This document shows positions 24,641 to 39,600 of a stretch of DNA of 64,000 bases, one piece after another. Both the position numbers and the translations under genes were made by a program. Origin of the DNA: Dimargaris cristalligena (lineage: Eukaryota); NCBI GenBank assembly GCA_003614675.1, contig ML002225.1, positions 1 to 64,000 on the forward strand, in the 5' to 3' direction. The notes beneath the pieces are model-generated. The model saw nothing but the letters and a program-made list of their open reading frames with translations, was not told the origin of the DNA and searched no databases. The stretch's first letter is position 1. Each line of letters starts with the position of its first letter.

Positions 24641-27600
24641 CCCAAACACCGCCCTCCCCAATTCGCCTATTACGGTCCGCCCTTAATGGCTGTCCCCATA
24701 GTGGTAGAGAAGTGGATGGGGGGAGAGGCAACTAGTGGTAAATGGATACGAATAGGGCTGAGGGGAGAACGCCGGCGTCAGCGAGAACATAGCCATAACT
24801 ATTCCCGCCCCCCTACGTTTACACACGTTTAATAGACCTGGATAATAAAAACGGCTCTTCAACCAAGCCGACCCATTTTTGTGGACAGGTAAACTCCGCC
24901 AAATTCATTCGGGAATTACTGCCACGTCGCTCTAGTTGTGGAGAGGTAGGTCTCTGTGTAAACCAACGGGTTGTCTTTTTATGAGCGGGTCCCAGCATGA
25001 TCATTCATAGGCGAGACATGCAGTACTGAGGGCCCAGAAAGAAAGAGGGGGGGAAGAATGCATTGGTAACTGGACTGATATGGGGAAGTGCGAAGAAGGG
25101 AAGGTTCCCCCTTTCTGCGGGCGGATGCATGGGTGCTGTCCCCTTCCTGGCGCGTTTTACCCCACATTTTGGACATCAACGGGTTGCTTCATGCCTTCGT
25201 ACATATCGCTGCTTCGGAAAGTGAGAAGGTCTTTGCGTGCCAGCCTACCTACGTATTATTATTTTTCCCTCCCTCACCATGCGGTCCAAAAGTTATGCCA
25301 AGGAAAAGTGCGGGAGGGGCAGAGAAGATGGAGGAGACCCCTCCCCGCCTGTCAGAACCTCGACTAACGTATTCCTTTTCTTCCCCGTCCACCCCGGCGA
25401 AATATAACCAAACAGCCGTAACCTTAATAAACCGGAATTCCCTCCGCAATATTCGCAATACTCACCATCCACAATGAACCAGGGTACCACCAAACAATAG
25501 CCACTGTTCATTGGATCTCTGCTGAGAACACATCCTATCTTATCCCCCACCATCGACTGTGTGGACTCGTGTATATATGGGTGTGTATCCGTCGGATGGG
25601 TAACGGTGGACCGACTAGGGCCATTAGCAGTAACCTCGAGCTAGTCTCTTCTGGACTTTATTAAACCCCGGGGGTGGAGGTGGCACACCTTGTGTAACAT
25701 GCGGGGTTTAATGAAGTATATACCGCCTTAATCGGGACCAGGGCTGAGCCCGTAACGCACCGGTGAACCGAGTAGAGACCGTTTAACTGGTGGTGGTCGG
25801 AGAAGAGCCCACATTGCCCTACGGTTGAACTATATACCTTCTTCTTTCGCAGGTATTTCTCGCCCATTCTATTTCGGGAAGAAGCGGGTGGACACCATTA
25901 GCCAAAAGATATCACAGCCATACTCAGACCCACTCCCCCTTCTCGACCTATAGTGCTCTGGGACATTGCGACTCCATTGTTCGTATCATTGGCCCACGTG
26001 TCCCGTAAAGGCCCTACACAATTAGCGATCGAATTAACCGCCACCACTTCCAGCCCTATATCCCCAGACCTAACTAACACCCGTCCGTCTCTTTTGAATT
26101 CCATAAATGCCTACTGTTCTTTCAATGAGGTGCTTTTCACGGCATTTGCAATGTAGTTTAGGTAGTAGTGTCTCATGGGCCCTGAATTGGCAGTAAGGGA
26201 CTTCCGCCCATCCCTACCCTCTCAAACGAAAAAGTAAAGGGACTTCCCCCCTTTTTTTATACACTTTACTTCGCATTTTTCCCTTATTTAATTACTTCCG
26301 TACCGCGACCATTCACTCAAACTAGGTGATTTTTCAGCACCCCATACATTAGTCCAGTGGGCTTGACAGCTCCCAATAATCGTCTAATAGCCCATTCGGT
26401 AGGATGGACCTTCTGCTCTATTCCGGCCGTGGATTCACAAGGGCTAGTGGCGAGAAGTAGAGGATGTGCGCACTTGGTATAATTAGGAAAGGGAGCAACG
26501 CGTGTTACAATGAAAAAAAATAATAATAAAAGCGGGGGGAAGGGTGGATCTTTCAAGAAATTGGACGCGCATGCTGGGGCTGTGACTAGCAGTAGTACAC
26601 AATGTCCTATTTTAGACGACTCGTTAAAACCTCCTTACTCATGTAGGGAGAGATAGTCATACGAAAGATCCCGGGCTACATCGACTACCCAGCTTAGCTC
26701 GGTCGCCAACTTTCCTGCCCACTGGCCCCCCAAAACCATCGATTTTTCGCGGGAGCGCTGTGTGCTTCTGTGCCCCGGATCAACTAGGGATGTGCTTACA
26801 GGCCCTCAGGTCGCTATATTCAGTTATTTCTAGTCTACGACGCGGTGTTGAAGGGCGTCAGTGTTATATTATTGGCTTCGATTTACATATATTTACATAC
26901 ACTTCACTCGTCACCCCCCCCCCCTTCGTTACCGTGCGCTATGGTCCCTGGGCAATTTCCTATTATTCCGATACAGTTGATCGATAGCTCTACGTTGCAG
27001 TATATCGACATACTATCAATTGGAATATACCGAGGCCAGAGTGTCATCGGATAGCTTGGAATGTGGGAATAGCCAGGAGAAGGAAGGGGGCGGGGTAGCA
27101 CATATGAACCCAACTGCGCCTTTATTATATCCGGGACACTATCTACCGAAAAGGAATGTATATTGACCAAACGCTATTCGTTATTTTTAGATTTTGACAG
27201 CCAACGGCTCGCCCTACACATACCCATTTATGTATACACACCGGCTTATATGTACCCACCATTTGCCCGCCCCTTCTCACCACCCACTTCATGATTTGTT
27301 CGGCAAACTTCAAACCCACACACACTAGTTGGATAACGGGTGGGCTCATGGGAAAAGCACGTCAACCATTCCTTACCAACCCATACGGCCTGCTCGGATT
27401 GTTTTATCACCATCGGGCCCCAGGGCCAACGTAATAAGGCGGAGTCGGTAATACTGGTCAGCAACGTTTGGCCCGAGGTCAAGTCACGCTCAGCCAGTCA
27501 CTTCGTTGGTTCCCATCGATATGAGACCCAAAACAAATCGTACAGGATCATCCCGGCTTCATCTTATAACCAGCCTGTGCCTAACATTGGCTGTATATTC

Positions 27601-30600
27601 GCCATTAAGTACTACGTCGTTCCTCAGGTTCCACTCGCTAATAACGTTAAGGGCAGCCTTCCCCGGCTCATATCTATTCGATGACAATGTCGGGCTGAAC
27701 TCCCTCTTTTAATCCATACTTTTATTATTCGCCCATGTCGCACCCTTTTCAACGACCTCATTCTCACAGAATACTATACGCCTCATCATTTAGTCTCCAT
27801 TCCCCATCACCCCACCCACTCGTTGAACCTTCATAAGTAGCGGTAAGGTATCCGTTCATCGACATTGGCTCATGTGTATAAGCGCGCCAATCAGCCCGAT
27901 GAATCCGTCTCTCGTCGGGCCCCTATCAACACCACTTGAGCAAACCCCGTGCCTCACATTGACTGGCTAGTTAGCTGCGCGGGAAAGAAAAGGATCCCTG
28001 TACTGTATTTTCTCTCTCTTTCACGGGGTAGGAGGTGGTCACGCTGCCATTACTGAGGGGACTGAGAATAGTAGTCACAGCAATCGTACCGCCCAGCTAG
28101 CCCTGCTGAGTTTTCTACCATGGGGTCTATACCAAGGTGTATTCGCCAATTTTCATATGGAACAGGCCAGGGTTAAAAACCTGTGGGTAAGGGAACTAGA
28201 AAGTTTCAACGGGTCAGTGAATGTACTGCGTAAACGACATACGAGACCATGAGTACGAGTAGTCACTTAGTGATGTAGGCCTGTGTTTCAGGGGTCCTAT
28301 TTCCCCCCCATTATTTACGTAGCATCCTTCATTTCATACAATCTGGTACGTAGGACCCTGGCTAGGATAGGCATACCTTTGTATAACGTGGTACAGTTGT
28401 TCATTAGAGAGGTTTAAGTGAAGGTTGCCCGGAATCGGTTAGGCTCCGCGATTGTCAGGCCTCGTCTTTTCTATAAGGATAGATACACCCGGAAATAGTA
28501 ACCTGCAAGCAATCGCCTTAGGCCCGCTCATCGACCCCCACTCTGTGTAAATTTCTCACCCTACATTTCGCTCTCTTATCAATAAACAAGGGCGGTGCTA
28601 ATTAGAGCAGCGGTGATGGAATACCCCGTAAATCCAGATGGAAGCGCTAGTCATGGAGGACGATGGGGGAGATGGTCAGTCAGTCCATTGATTGTCCCCT
28701 TGTCTTGGTCACTCCACCCTCGTTTTCCCCATTGCTATGCCACTCTATTTCTTAGCGATGGTTTGCTATGATTAGAGCTTGCGTGGTCCAAATCGATCAA
28801 ATGTATTGGTGTTTCCACCATTGCGATCGAGTGTCTCAACATATGGAAGCGTAGAGGTAGGGACAGGGGGTGGGGGGGGGGAAGAGAAGGTGAAATAGAG
28901 ACCATGTTTAGTGTTAGAGGCGGAACGCGAACTATAGCATCCACTCATACTTGACGGAAGCATAGAAGAAAAACACAAATGGAGAAAGAGGCCCTACATG
29001 CGGAGGAAGAGGGGAATAAACAAAGACCGAGAGAGTGAGGGTGCGAAAATCCCCGCGAAAGCCTCAGACAGTGGCTCTGTACGCTTGGCTCCCCTTCTCC
29101 CCCATTCGTTAGTGCCCTCCATTCGCAAGTCAGGGTCTATGGCCGGATTGACGCGTCTATTCCACCAGTCAATGGAGGGATGCTCGCTAGTCATCGATGT
29201 ACACAGGGCTGCAGTGTCCCCAAACTTAGTTTGTAGTGCCCAAGGATGGACTTTAGGCCAACGCAATGCGATTGGCCTGGCCCTGATCAGTTACGATATC
29301 CGCCAGCCCCTTGAAAAAAGCCATGGCTTCCAGAATGTACAATCTGGTCGTCGTTGGTCATATTATCCAGATTTGGCCCTTACGATTCGTTAAAATGGAA
29401 CTGCCTCGGCGGGAAAACGTTTAACAGCAGAGTTTAAATGCAAGATGAGCGCGAATATCCCCTTTTCATATTATCGGAACTCCCCTCCCTAACCCGGGGG
29501 TCTAGTTGAAGGGGGGGGTAGGGCAATTGGTTCTGCGGGTCTCCCCAGCTGCCCACAATCCAGGTCAATTACTATTCTCATATTGCTCTCAGATACGCAT
29601 GGGAAAATGGACCACGAGCGGGGTTCGGCCGTATTAGACTGAATTTGAAACGGTAACTGTATAGGTGTAAGTCCCTCAGTAACAGCAACTGGTATGTTTC
29701 ATTCCCTAAACTAATAGGCTAACGACCCAAGTTGGACGGTGACTGTAATTGGGGTTACACTATCGCTGTCAAGACCTCTAGGCTTTTCATCTATTTCGAA
29801 ATCAAGTTAAACTCCCACTTTCAGTCTAAGGGAACCAACATAGAGGCGAAATGGTGAGCACATTGGGGATTAATATGGTCTAATTAGTGAAACTGAAAGC
29901 TGGACTGTGGCCAGAATTTGGCCCATCCACCCCTCGTACATCGTGTCTCTACGAGCAATCCTTGGCGAGCTCCACCCTCCCCTCCCCCCCACAGTGGAAT
30001 TAGAATATTACAATACCACTGAATCACCATGAAATTAAAGTTTGGTAGACTGAGAAGGAAAGTCTCAAAATGGGGCAGGCGCACTTCAAAAAGTTGCGTG
30101 TCCATCTTCCATACGCGGCGGTGCACAAAAAAAAGAAAAGTATAGTGTGGTGTGGATCATCCCATTCATCCAATAAAATACAATTTCACCAACGATCATT
30201 GCTGTTTTGGCCGCTTCTCTCCATATGACCCATTCGGATAACACTAGAGATGGGACGCGGATGAAACGGTCGAATGAATATAACCGGACTATTCCAGAGT
30301 GAGATGGGAGAGAACGTTCGGATTGGAGTGAAGTAGAATAGACAAAGAAGACTGAAGGAAAAAAGATGGTCGGATAAATCAATAGGGTAATATGGGAGAG
30401 AGGGGCGGTTTAAAGGAATTTCCTATAGAACCAATCGACATATATAGATTTAACAAATGGCTCAAGATGCTGTCGGTATCTCTCAACGTCCACCAATCTA
30501 ATAGAAGGTTTAGGCGGTCAAGGGGTCAGGGATGAGCGACCTGGAGTTTCCCGCCTCCCAACCACACGGCGTCAATGTACGTCCCTTGCTTCCATGCTTA

Positions 30601-33600
30601 CTGGTTGATCGCATGGATAGGTACAACCAGCGAGCGCGAGTGGTTCAAGCGAAGCGGAGCGTGAGTCAGGGGGATTGGCTCGGCAATAATAAGAAAGCAA
30701 GGAGGATGAACGAGTGCTTCCAAACGTCATTAGTATTGGCCAGGTAGTCTAAAGATGGGCCACGAACACGGTCGTATACTAATAGGAATTCCTAGGTTAT
30801 TATAGAGCGGATTAGGCAACGAACGTACGCTTATCCTTAATCGTTCAACCTTGTACAAAATCGGAAGCAATCAATGGGCTAAGCCACTGGATTGGCGAGT
30901 AATTCCTTTTAACCTAGAATGGTGTACCAATTTTATCCAACCTCCCACGTTCATTGCTGTACCCTCTCGCCTACCTCACTCACTTAATAAATGGTGTCGC
31001 AATATATTAATGAAACAGTCGCACCATGGCCATAGCAAATATGGTCAGGTAAGGGAGGGGGGGGGTGTAATGAACGCGGTGTATCATACACCGGTGCCAT
31101 TAAACCTAAATGGCTTGTATTATATAAAGGGCTGTCGCCACGTTAGAGTGAGAATGCAGTCCCAACTGCAGTTGTGTGAAGATAATGGAGAAGTATGGCT
31201 GCCATAAGTGGGATTGAAAAGGAAACCCTCAGTGAACCACTTTTTAAAAAAAATGCGAACTAGCTAGTATCGATTAAACTCAATTTAGACTTGTTCGTTG
31301 CTCCGCATTATTATCCGGAGGTAGACCCCATGCACCTCCCACATTGAGCCCCATTAGGTACTGTCTTCCCCGCTAAATGGGCCAATGCTTTCTCCACACG
31401 TTGGACCTGATCACTGTACGTTCCTGGTACCATTCTGCATATTTGTGGTGCGGCGGAATGAACACTTGTTTATTTTTATTATTTATAGGTATTCCCCACA
31501 TCTATTTAGTATCAAGCATTAAGGAATTCGCATCTCTTCCTCTCCCAAACAATTTACCCGACCAATTGTCCCAATTAGTCATGGGCAACCTAATTCGTTG
31601 GTCGGGTTTAACCTCACGGGAAATGTATATAATAATATCAAGGATTGCTCCGTCGGCGGAGGAAGAGTAGTAGGAGTAGTAATAACCACTCCCCACCTAT
31701 TAGAGTCCTCTTCGCACCTCCCCCTACAATCCTCCCATCTCTCCCATCACCCACTCCTCCGCATTTCCGATTATATCTTAGTCGCCCCTCGTGCTTTACT
31801 CAGGCCATTTTCATTTTCTTTATTGTACTTCCCACCGATACCATTGTGTAATTATCATTTTTCGCCTCAAACCAACGTCTTTTCCAAAGCCCTGGCACCA
31901 TGCTACTCAAGGTGCTTATGTCATCCGCGTACAACCGCCCATAGGCATTTCTCATTATTCATAATGGCCATCTCCCTTGTCTCAGTCCCCCTCATACACT
32001 AATCCACCTAATCCTGACCTATATTATTCGTGAAATTGCTCCTTATATCCAGGTTGGTCCATTAACCATGGGCAAGTGTCATCTTGGTGTCGCGGGACTC
32101 TCATATTTTAACACTATACACTCTTTTCTAATCAGCTAAACCCACAGCCGACACCTCTACTAATGAGAGGGATGGACGTGATTTACACCACAGCCAACAC
32201 TCCTGCCCTGGTCATTCCCTACTAACTCCTATTGGAGCGGTATAATTGTACACGACTCGTGCCTTCATTTATCCACAGACATTGGTGCGGGGTGACGGGG
32301 GTGGTCAGTTGGTTAGAAGGCGGATGAGCAACGCTGACCAGTGCGAGTGAGTGTAGATGAGGGGTGATGGCTGGAGGAGCCAGGGCCCTAGTTGTCAATT
32401 GGAGGGAAGGAGGTTGGTCATTGGCATGATAGGGATTTCTGTCTTTTTTTATATATATGTATATATACTCTCGGCGGTTTATTTGCTGGCCGATCCTTGC
32501 TTTAAATCTGACAGTGGTCGGTTTATCCGGACTGGGAGTGCCTCGGCCAATGTCAACTGGAAATTTGACATACAAACTCAGCGAGAACCGCTAATATTAA
32601 TAGGCGAAGGAAAAACCACCCACTCTAGTGCACTCAAATAGCATGGTGCTAAGAAAATGCTCTCATATGGCATGTGTTCCTTAAAGACGCTCTTGTTTCT
32701 GAGAGAGAGGTTTTGTAGCTCCAATATTATTACTTGTAGTGGTAAATGCAAGGGCCACACACCCGTTCGTATAGCTATCATACCTAGCTGCGGGTGATGA
32801 GTCAATGGAAGGGAAACGCAGAACAGTAAACGACTATGCAGGTAGTGTGTCGGAGCTGCCTGTATGGTGTATGAGGTCGTTAACTTTCTTTCGTCTCACT
32901 GACAAGATCAAGCCGCTATTTTCGGTTATTCACGCCACATGCCTCTTCTTTGGCGGGGTTCAGTCTTCGTTTCGCGTGATTAAAACGAGAAGGGCGGTCT
33001 TCAAAATGCTATTGGTTCGTGATTGGTAAACGGCTTTCAGCAACTTTGGCATTCGTTCCATATGCCTTCCCAAAGCACGCGGTATTAAAGTAGAGACCTT
33101 GGGGAAGAGGTTAGTAGTGTTAAGCCACCTAGACCACGGTTTGGAACGTGTCCTAGCATGATTAATTATGGAGGCTTAATCGTACCCAAACTAGTAACAC
33201 TGCCTATTTTTTGAACAACCTAGGCTCACATGGAGAGTGATCAAACACTTTGTTGGAATATCCGTTCCTTCTTGGTGTTTATTCTCAAAAAGAAACTGCG
33301 GGTAAATGTGCTGTGGGGAAGGGTATAAGGAAGACACGTCTAAACCTAATAAGCATGCCAGCCGAATTGTCCAAGACGTCAAATGGGAAAGCCAGAGGCC
33401 ATGGGAAGCCAATGTAGTGAATAAGAAGAGTCGCTGGTTCCCAATTGAGGCCAAAACCGGAAATATATTAGGCCAATCGTTCTTATACTCTAGTAGACTG
33501 AGGTAATGGGGTGGTGACTCGGCCCATTGGCCCAGCATGGTTGGCAGTGGAGACGAATACGTTTTTTAGTGGATAGATGGAAAGAAGTACGGCGGGCCCT

Positions 33601-36600
33601 CTATATCCGACCCTATGTGGCCCAAATGACGACCACTGGTGCCAAATTGAAGGAGTATGTGAAGAGTTCCGACCTTCCCCAGAAAACCTGCTGATGGAAT
33701 GAGAACACTGCGGGGTTGCAGGTTGGGGTTGGCCGCCCGTCGGAGCGGCTGCGAAGGAAGTACTCACCACTTCGGAGCGGGGAACTGTTCGCCGTTGCTA
33801 AATATAATAAAAATAGAAGCCCAACTTCTGGGAAATATCCCCGACTTCTTCCCTCCGCCTCCCACATTTGTTGGATTCTGCAGGCATTGGTTGGAGGGTC
33901 TGGTCGGAAAGACTCCTGACCGTGTTGGAACAAATGGCACTCAGCCTCGGCTTCAATTTTCCGCTTCCCCTCTCCACTAAGGAATCTTCCCGTATCTTTT
34001 TTTTTTGCGTACGCCATGGTGTTATGGGTAATTCGCGGCTCAGAGCAATGCCTATTTTAGTCAATCTAGTTTGTCTAGCCACGGTAATTGGGTCGGGTTA
34101 ATAATGTTCCCCTTGAGGCTATTCCACACCTCTTTGGTCTAGTGCAACCACTTATAGCTTTTCGCCCATCGCGGTTGGGCTAATTGGGATATAAGGAAGA
34201 TGGAGTAAAGGTATTCTGGCTAACTGGAGTCGTCAGCTGACCTAACTCCCCTGGTCGACCCACTGTGGGCCGCAAAATAAAGTGGGGTGCTGACATGCAA
34301 AGACCGGGGGGGAGGATGAGTTAGCAGTGATATGTCTCGTCTTTCCCCGCACCACTTTTGGGGAGGGGGGCGGATACTACCTGAACAACTAGATCGGCCC
34401 TGGCGGGATTAATACTCGAATGTGGCCGGGGCGCATGTCCATCGTATATTTACGGCCACCCTGATCGTGTCGCTCATGTCGCAATGTATGTTTTAAAATA
34501 GCCGAAAAGGATGCGCTAGTTAGAAATACTTACTCGGCCCTAAACTATATGGTGCGATTACCCCCCTCCCCCCTTCAAACAAAGCCCGCTAGGATGTGAT
34601 CTGGTGGCGATTGATCCATCTACACAGTGCTTTGGTACAGTGTGACCTATGGCGATGTTTAATTTCGCTGGGGCGCTCACGAACATTTGGGCCTGAACTC
34701 TCCCACCCCACTTTATTGTTGACTTGTAAATCAAAGATATACCGAGTTTTAGTGGCACTGAAGTATTCGGTGGAGGATTATTGATGGGCAGCTTTCAGGG
34801 CGCGTTAGGATTGGCAACGCCTCTATTCGCACACATCCTTTTCCTTTAAAGTGGGCCAGTCCACGCTTTAAGCGTTTCTTAAGGTACATATGCACTACTA
34901 CAACCAAGAGTCGATCATCAGGCGGAGCCACTCCCCTCTCCCCATCGAACCAGTACATCTAGGCTGACACAAAAGGAAAGAGGTGAGGGGGGAGGGAAAG
35001 AAAATGATGGACATTGTGACCACGGTTTAGGGATAGGTTGATCGTTGAACGGGATATTGAGCTCGGTAAATACTTGCTGAGCATATGATCATTGATTGGA
35101 TAATTAGCGAACGGGATTGTAGTGTATAATGGTAGATTGGAGTCAAGCGCAATGGCCTGGGCTAGGATCCCGCCATTGCACCTTAAAGAATCAGCTGCTC
35201 CCATTTGTAAAGATCCTACCATTTGTAGGCTGGGTCGGCGGGTTGCGCACCCTAACTAGATTGGATTTCTATCATTATCGACTTACCTACAGACCTACCA
35301 TTACATCTACGATTTTTCGGGAGTGTTATGGTGCGATTATCGAGCTACCCAACGACTTACTACGGTCGACGGATTCTCCGCCTTCCTTAATAATACCTAG
35401 TAGTTTATTTTTAACTAAAACCAACTATTGGTCTATTTTAACCGTGCTTATGGTGTAGAACTACAACAGCTGTAATCGGGGTATCCAGAACACCGAGCCT
35501 CAGTCAGCCGCCGGTGTTCCATGGGCCAACTCATCCTAGTGAACCACGTATGGGACACTAGCAAACAGCGGTGTGATGTAACCAGTATACATACTTACGT
35601 TGGAGTGTAGCACAGTTGCACATCTGAGTACAATAATGGCATCCCCACACCCCATCACACCCATTCTTAGACAAGTTGGCGGTGAGTATTGTTTAAACGG
35701 ATAGTAACACCCTGCTTCCTGGGTAACCGATTGCCGCTGCTATTTGGTTCCACCTTTGCCCGCCTGATAGGCCAGGTGCCAGGGATATGTATGAAATAGG
35801 TGTTACCAAGCCTGGTTCGCCTATTCACTCGTAGTTTTTTACTTGTTTCTATTCCACACTACCCCATACTCAAAAAACCCGATTGTTATTTCCCACCACC
35901 TAGACCAAAGTGGGCGGTGTAATATACTCACTTCATTAGCCCAGAAATGCCAGTCAAATGTGCAATTGTTTTGGCCAATTATTAGGCCTACAATATTAAC
36001 CAGGGGGGAGTAGGGCGACGGATGAATACTCGGCCAGCAGTATATACCGATTGTTGTTGGTCCTTTACGTTTACCGACCCCGCCCTCTCCACCAACATGG
36101 GGGCATTCCTCGGGAACAATGTATGGATTACGGCAACAAGAGTTCAGAATATGGAAATAACTAGCTGTCAAAACAACCCGTATGTTCATCAACCACAAGT
36201 ACAGCCCAATGTCCATCAGCAAATGAGTGACAGGGTTTGATACCCGGCAAGTCACCCCCAAAACATGACATCAGAACTTATCCACCCAACCCCGCCGCGC
36301 CTCGTTTGGGAGATACTCCCACCTGGGTCCGCATATCAATATCAAATACCAATGCCATATATGGTCTCAAAAGCAGAATAACAGACAATACCCTGGTCTT
36401 CTATTATGAGCTGTTTAGATTAGGTGGAAAAGTATGGTCCCGGAAAGTGCTAGTACCCCCGAGAACACTGGGTCATAGCCAAGTAGGTGTCCACGCCAAT
36501 GTATTGCTGACTCTCGATCCTTTAAAAAATAGTTCGGTAAAGCACCAGCTTATTAATGGTATTACGAACAGATACCCGGTCTTCCTGGGTTGACTAATGT

Positions 36601-39600
36601 CAAACCGCACCGAACTATCCACCAAAGGAGGGAGTTCTTTGGCGGAGTAGTTATCCGCAATTGTTTAAACCCCTCTATTTTGCGGAAGGTCTACCGCCGA
36701 TGGCCTGGCGGAATTTTTGACCAAAGTCCGCTACCAATCCCCGCTCGGCGGAGCTGTAATTCACGCTGAAAGCCGGAGAATGAAGGGTCAACAAACCGCC
36801 GTACATTCCTTTACCCCCACGGGTGCTTGTACTCACACTGAACCATACTTGGCCCATTTCATTACCACGCCCCCATACTAACGAGTCCACGAGTCCAATG
36901 GTTTCGCTCGATCCAAGCACCGGAAAAGCGACACTAGTCAACTGGCCCCACCTCAAATAGCTGAGTTTTGGGTGTTTCCATTCGTGGCTCCCATCTTACA
37001 CTCTGGGGGGCGATCCCACCCCCACAACTACCTCCGCATAAAAATGGTTAAATTAAATCCATAGAAAGGATTAAAAAAATAAAGAGAATCTGGCGTGATT
37101 TTAACCATGCTGCAGTCCCTTGTCACTTATGGTAAGTCTTCGGCAAATTTGAGAGAGGGAGAGAGAAATAAAGAGAGAGGCCAATGCCATACTCCAGTGA
37201 GTATCTGGCGGGAGGAAAATAAGGCGAGTACTAGATTATTCCCTGGCGCTTTCGTGGAAGTCCGTTTGACTGCCAATAATAGGTTGCGGCAGTTCATACA
37301 GTGGGTAGTTCGTATTGGTTGAGTGAGAAATGGCGGAGAAAAGAAAATGAAGCACTGCAATTGTGCAAATGTCCGCCGCGTAAAAGCAAGCAACTTGCCC
37401 CCTTCACGGTGTCAATTTCGTGAATAATGAAGGTCATGTTAACCGCCGCCTTAGCTTGTCTACAGTTGATATTCTCGAGTACACCGTTACCTGGTTATAT
37501 TACTAGTGAAGTCTGACTGAGCCGACCTTTGGCTTTCAATGCTAACGTCAGTTATTTATAGCCACCTAACCGCTTAACACACTTAGTATGGGTCCAAATG
37601 GTCCTACCACCTTGTAAGTAGACGCGGTATGACATGTTAGCTTTATTTCCCCTCTTTACAAATTAAAAATTAATCAGGAATCAGGAATTTTGTGCTCATA
37701 TGTATATTTTCTAGCCCAGACCTGTTTATTTTTAATTACCCCGGTTATTTAATGAGTTCTGTACAAATTGATATTAGGTCTTAGCTATTGAGATACACGC
37801 AGCATACAGTGGCAAAGTATACGCTATTTACCATTTAATCATACCTAGACTGAGCTCACTGTTATTAATGTAATATTAATGAATATACCTGCGCATTATT
37901 GTTCACCATGGCTCATTTTAAATTGCATTCCTTTTGTTTACCAAACTAACCGCAACAAGGATTAGCCGCCAAAGCATATTACCCATAGAACCAAACCGGA
38001 CTATGGCTGGCCTAAAGTGCCCCTACGCCAAGATAACATCGACTTCCAGTAACCCATGATAGGTCTCGGAAGACTCTAGAATAATTATACTCAAATCCCA
38101 CTCGTGATTTTAGGTCAGCTGTTGGGCTTTATTAGCACTTATACACAAGGGCTGCATATCGATAAATATTGGGTTCTTTTACTTCAATGATAACACACCA
38201 AATCCACGAACTGGGATACCGGCTAATGCCGCATCCCCCTCAGCTGAAGTTAAGTATCGACCAACGATGGACAAGCCCGCATTAGTTTATTGCCATTCCT
38301 GTCTCGTTCTATCCACCATCTCATAGGCCTGGAAAATTACTACAATATTTGGTCTACCCCTGTTCACCCACAGATCTCTCGGTTGATCTTGCGTCAATTT
38401 GTAACCTTAACACTTCGCACCTGGAAATCCTTGCAGCCTAGCTAATTTCCTCTTAATGTATACCCCTTTCCCTAACTTCCTCACTCATTCCCCTTCGTTT
38501 GGTAATTCCTAATGAGTTGGACTGAGTACTTTGGCAAAATTAAAAACATTTTGTTTGTCCATCTTGAATGGTTAGTGAATGGGCCAGTATATGGTTTCTT
38601 ATTTAGGTGGGTAATGGCAGTTCTTGGAAATCTCTCTTTGATTAAAGCTAAATTGCCAGTTGGGACTTTACATTTCCTTAATATGCGGAAGTTACCAAGT
38701 GAGGCGGGACGGGCTAGAATGGCTAACCCCTAGGTGAGTTGTATTATAGCTGGTTGACCCCCCCCCCGATCGTACAATGCATGGTATGCCTAGTTTGAGA
38801 AGTCCGTTTGAGTTACACTGGTCGAAGGAACGGAGAGTAGGAAAGGTAAGACGGGTTGAAGAGAAAGCAGTATTAATGGAGGTCCACACCAATCCAATCC
38901 AGACAATGGAGGCATATAGCAATGAAGAACATGTGATTAGCGTCCTTGGCCTATTCCGGTATTACAGCCATCGATCGCCCAATACAATGCTTTAGGGGTT
39001 GCCTCATACTAGTTTCCATAGAAACATTTATATTGACCAAAGTGGGGGTGGGGTGGATATTGGCCATGCCCATCCGACAGGGGGGTCGCGATGGATAGCT
39101 GCTTACCTATCCTCCGAAGCCCCCCGCTAACGGGGTTTCAATGGGCATTTGACCTCCGGTATCTCGACAAATACGGATGGACCTCGCCATCCCGATTAGG
39201 AGGCTCCATAAAATCAATTGCGTTTGGGACTAGACCTCCTATTATTGAATAAGAAACCATAGGGCGTCTAGGTCGCTATCATCCCCTCCACCCCTCCCCG
39301 TTCCCCTATTACCAAATGAAGACCGCAATTTCCTAATCCGTCTAATAATGAAACACATTTATAGCTATCATTACGCAGGCACTGCCTTTATCGCGTATCG
39401 GTCGCATTCAGTCGGTTCACTTTCTTTTGGAGTCTAAACAAGAGTTGTTCAAGGATTGCGGATAACGAGATTTCTCGACAGGGGTGGTAGACGGCCGAGT
39501 TTGGGCTAGCGTTCATTTCGTTTGTACTCGGGATGCCGTTGAGTTTATGCTATCTACCTAGTTTAAAGCATTTTTATTGGATTTAGCGTGACTGCCAACG

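Noticed and set aside
26579-28081. 10-bp inverted repeat GCTGTGACTA about 1.5 kb apart
   Set aside because: Too short, with no TSD, second copy or transposase; compatible with chance.
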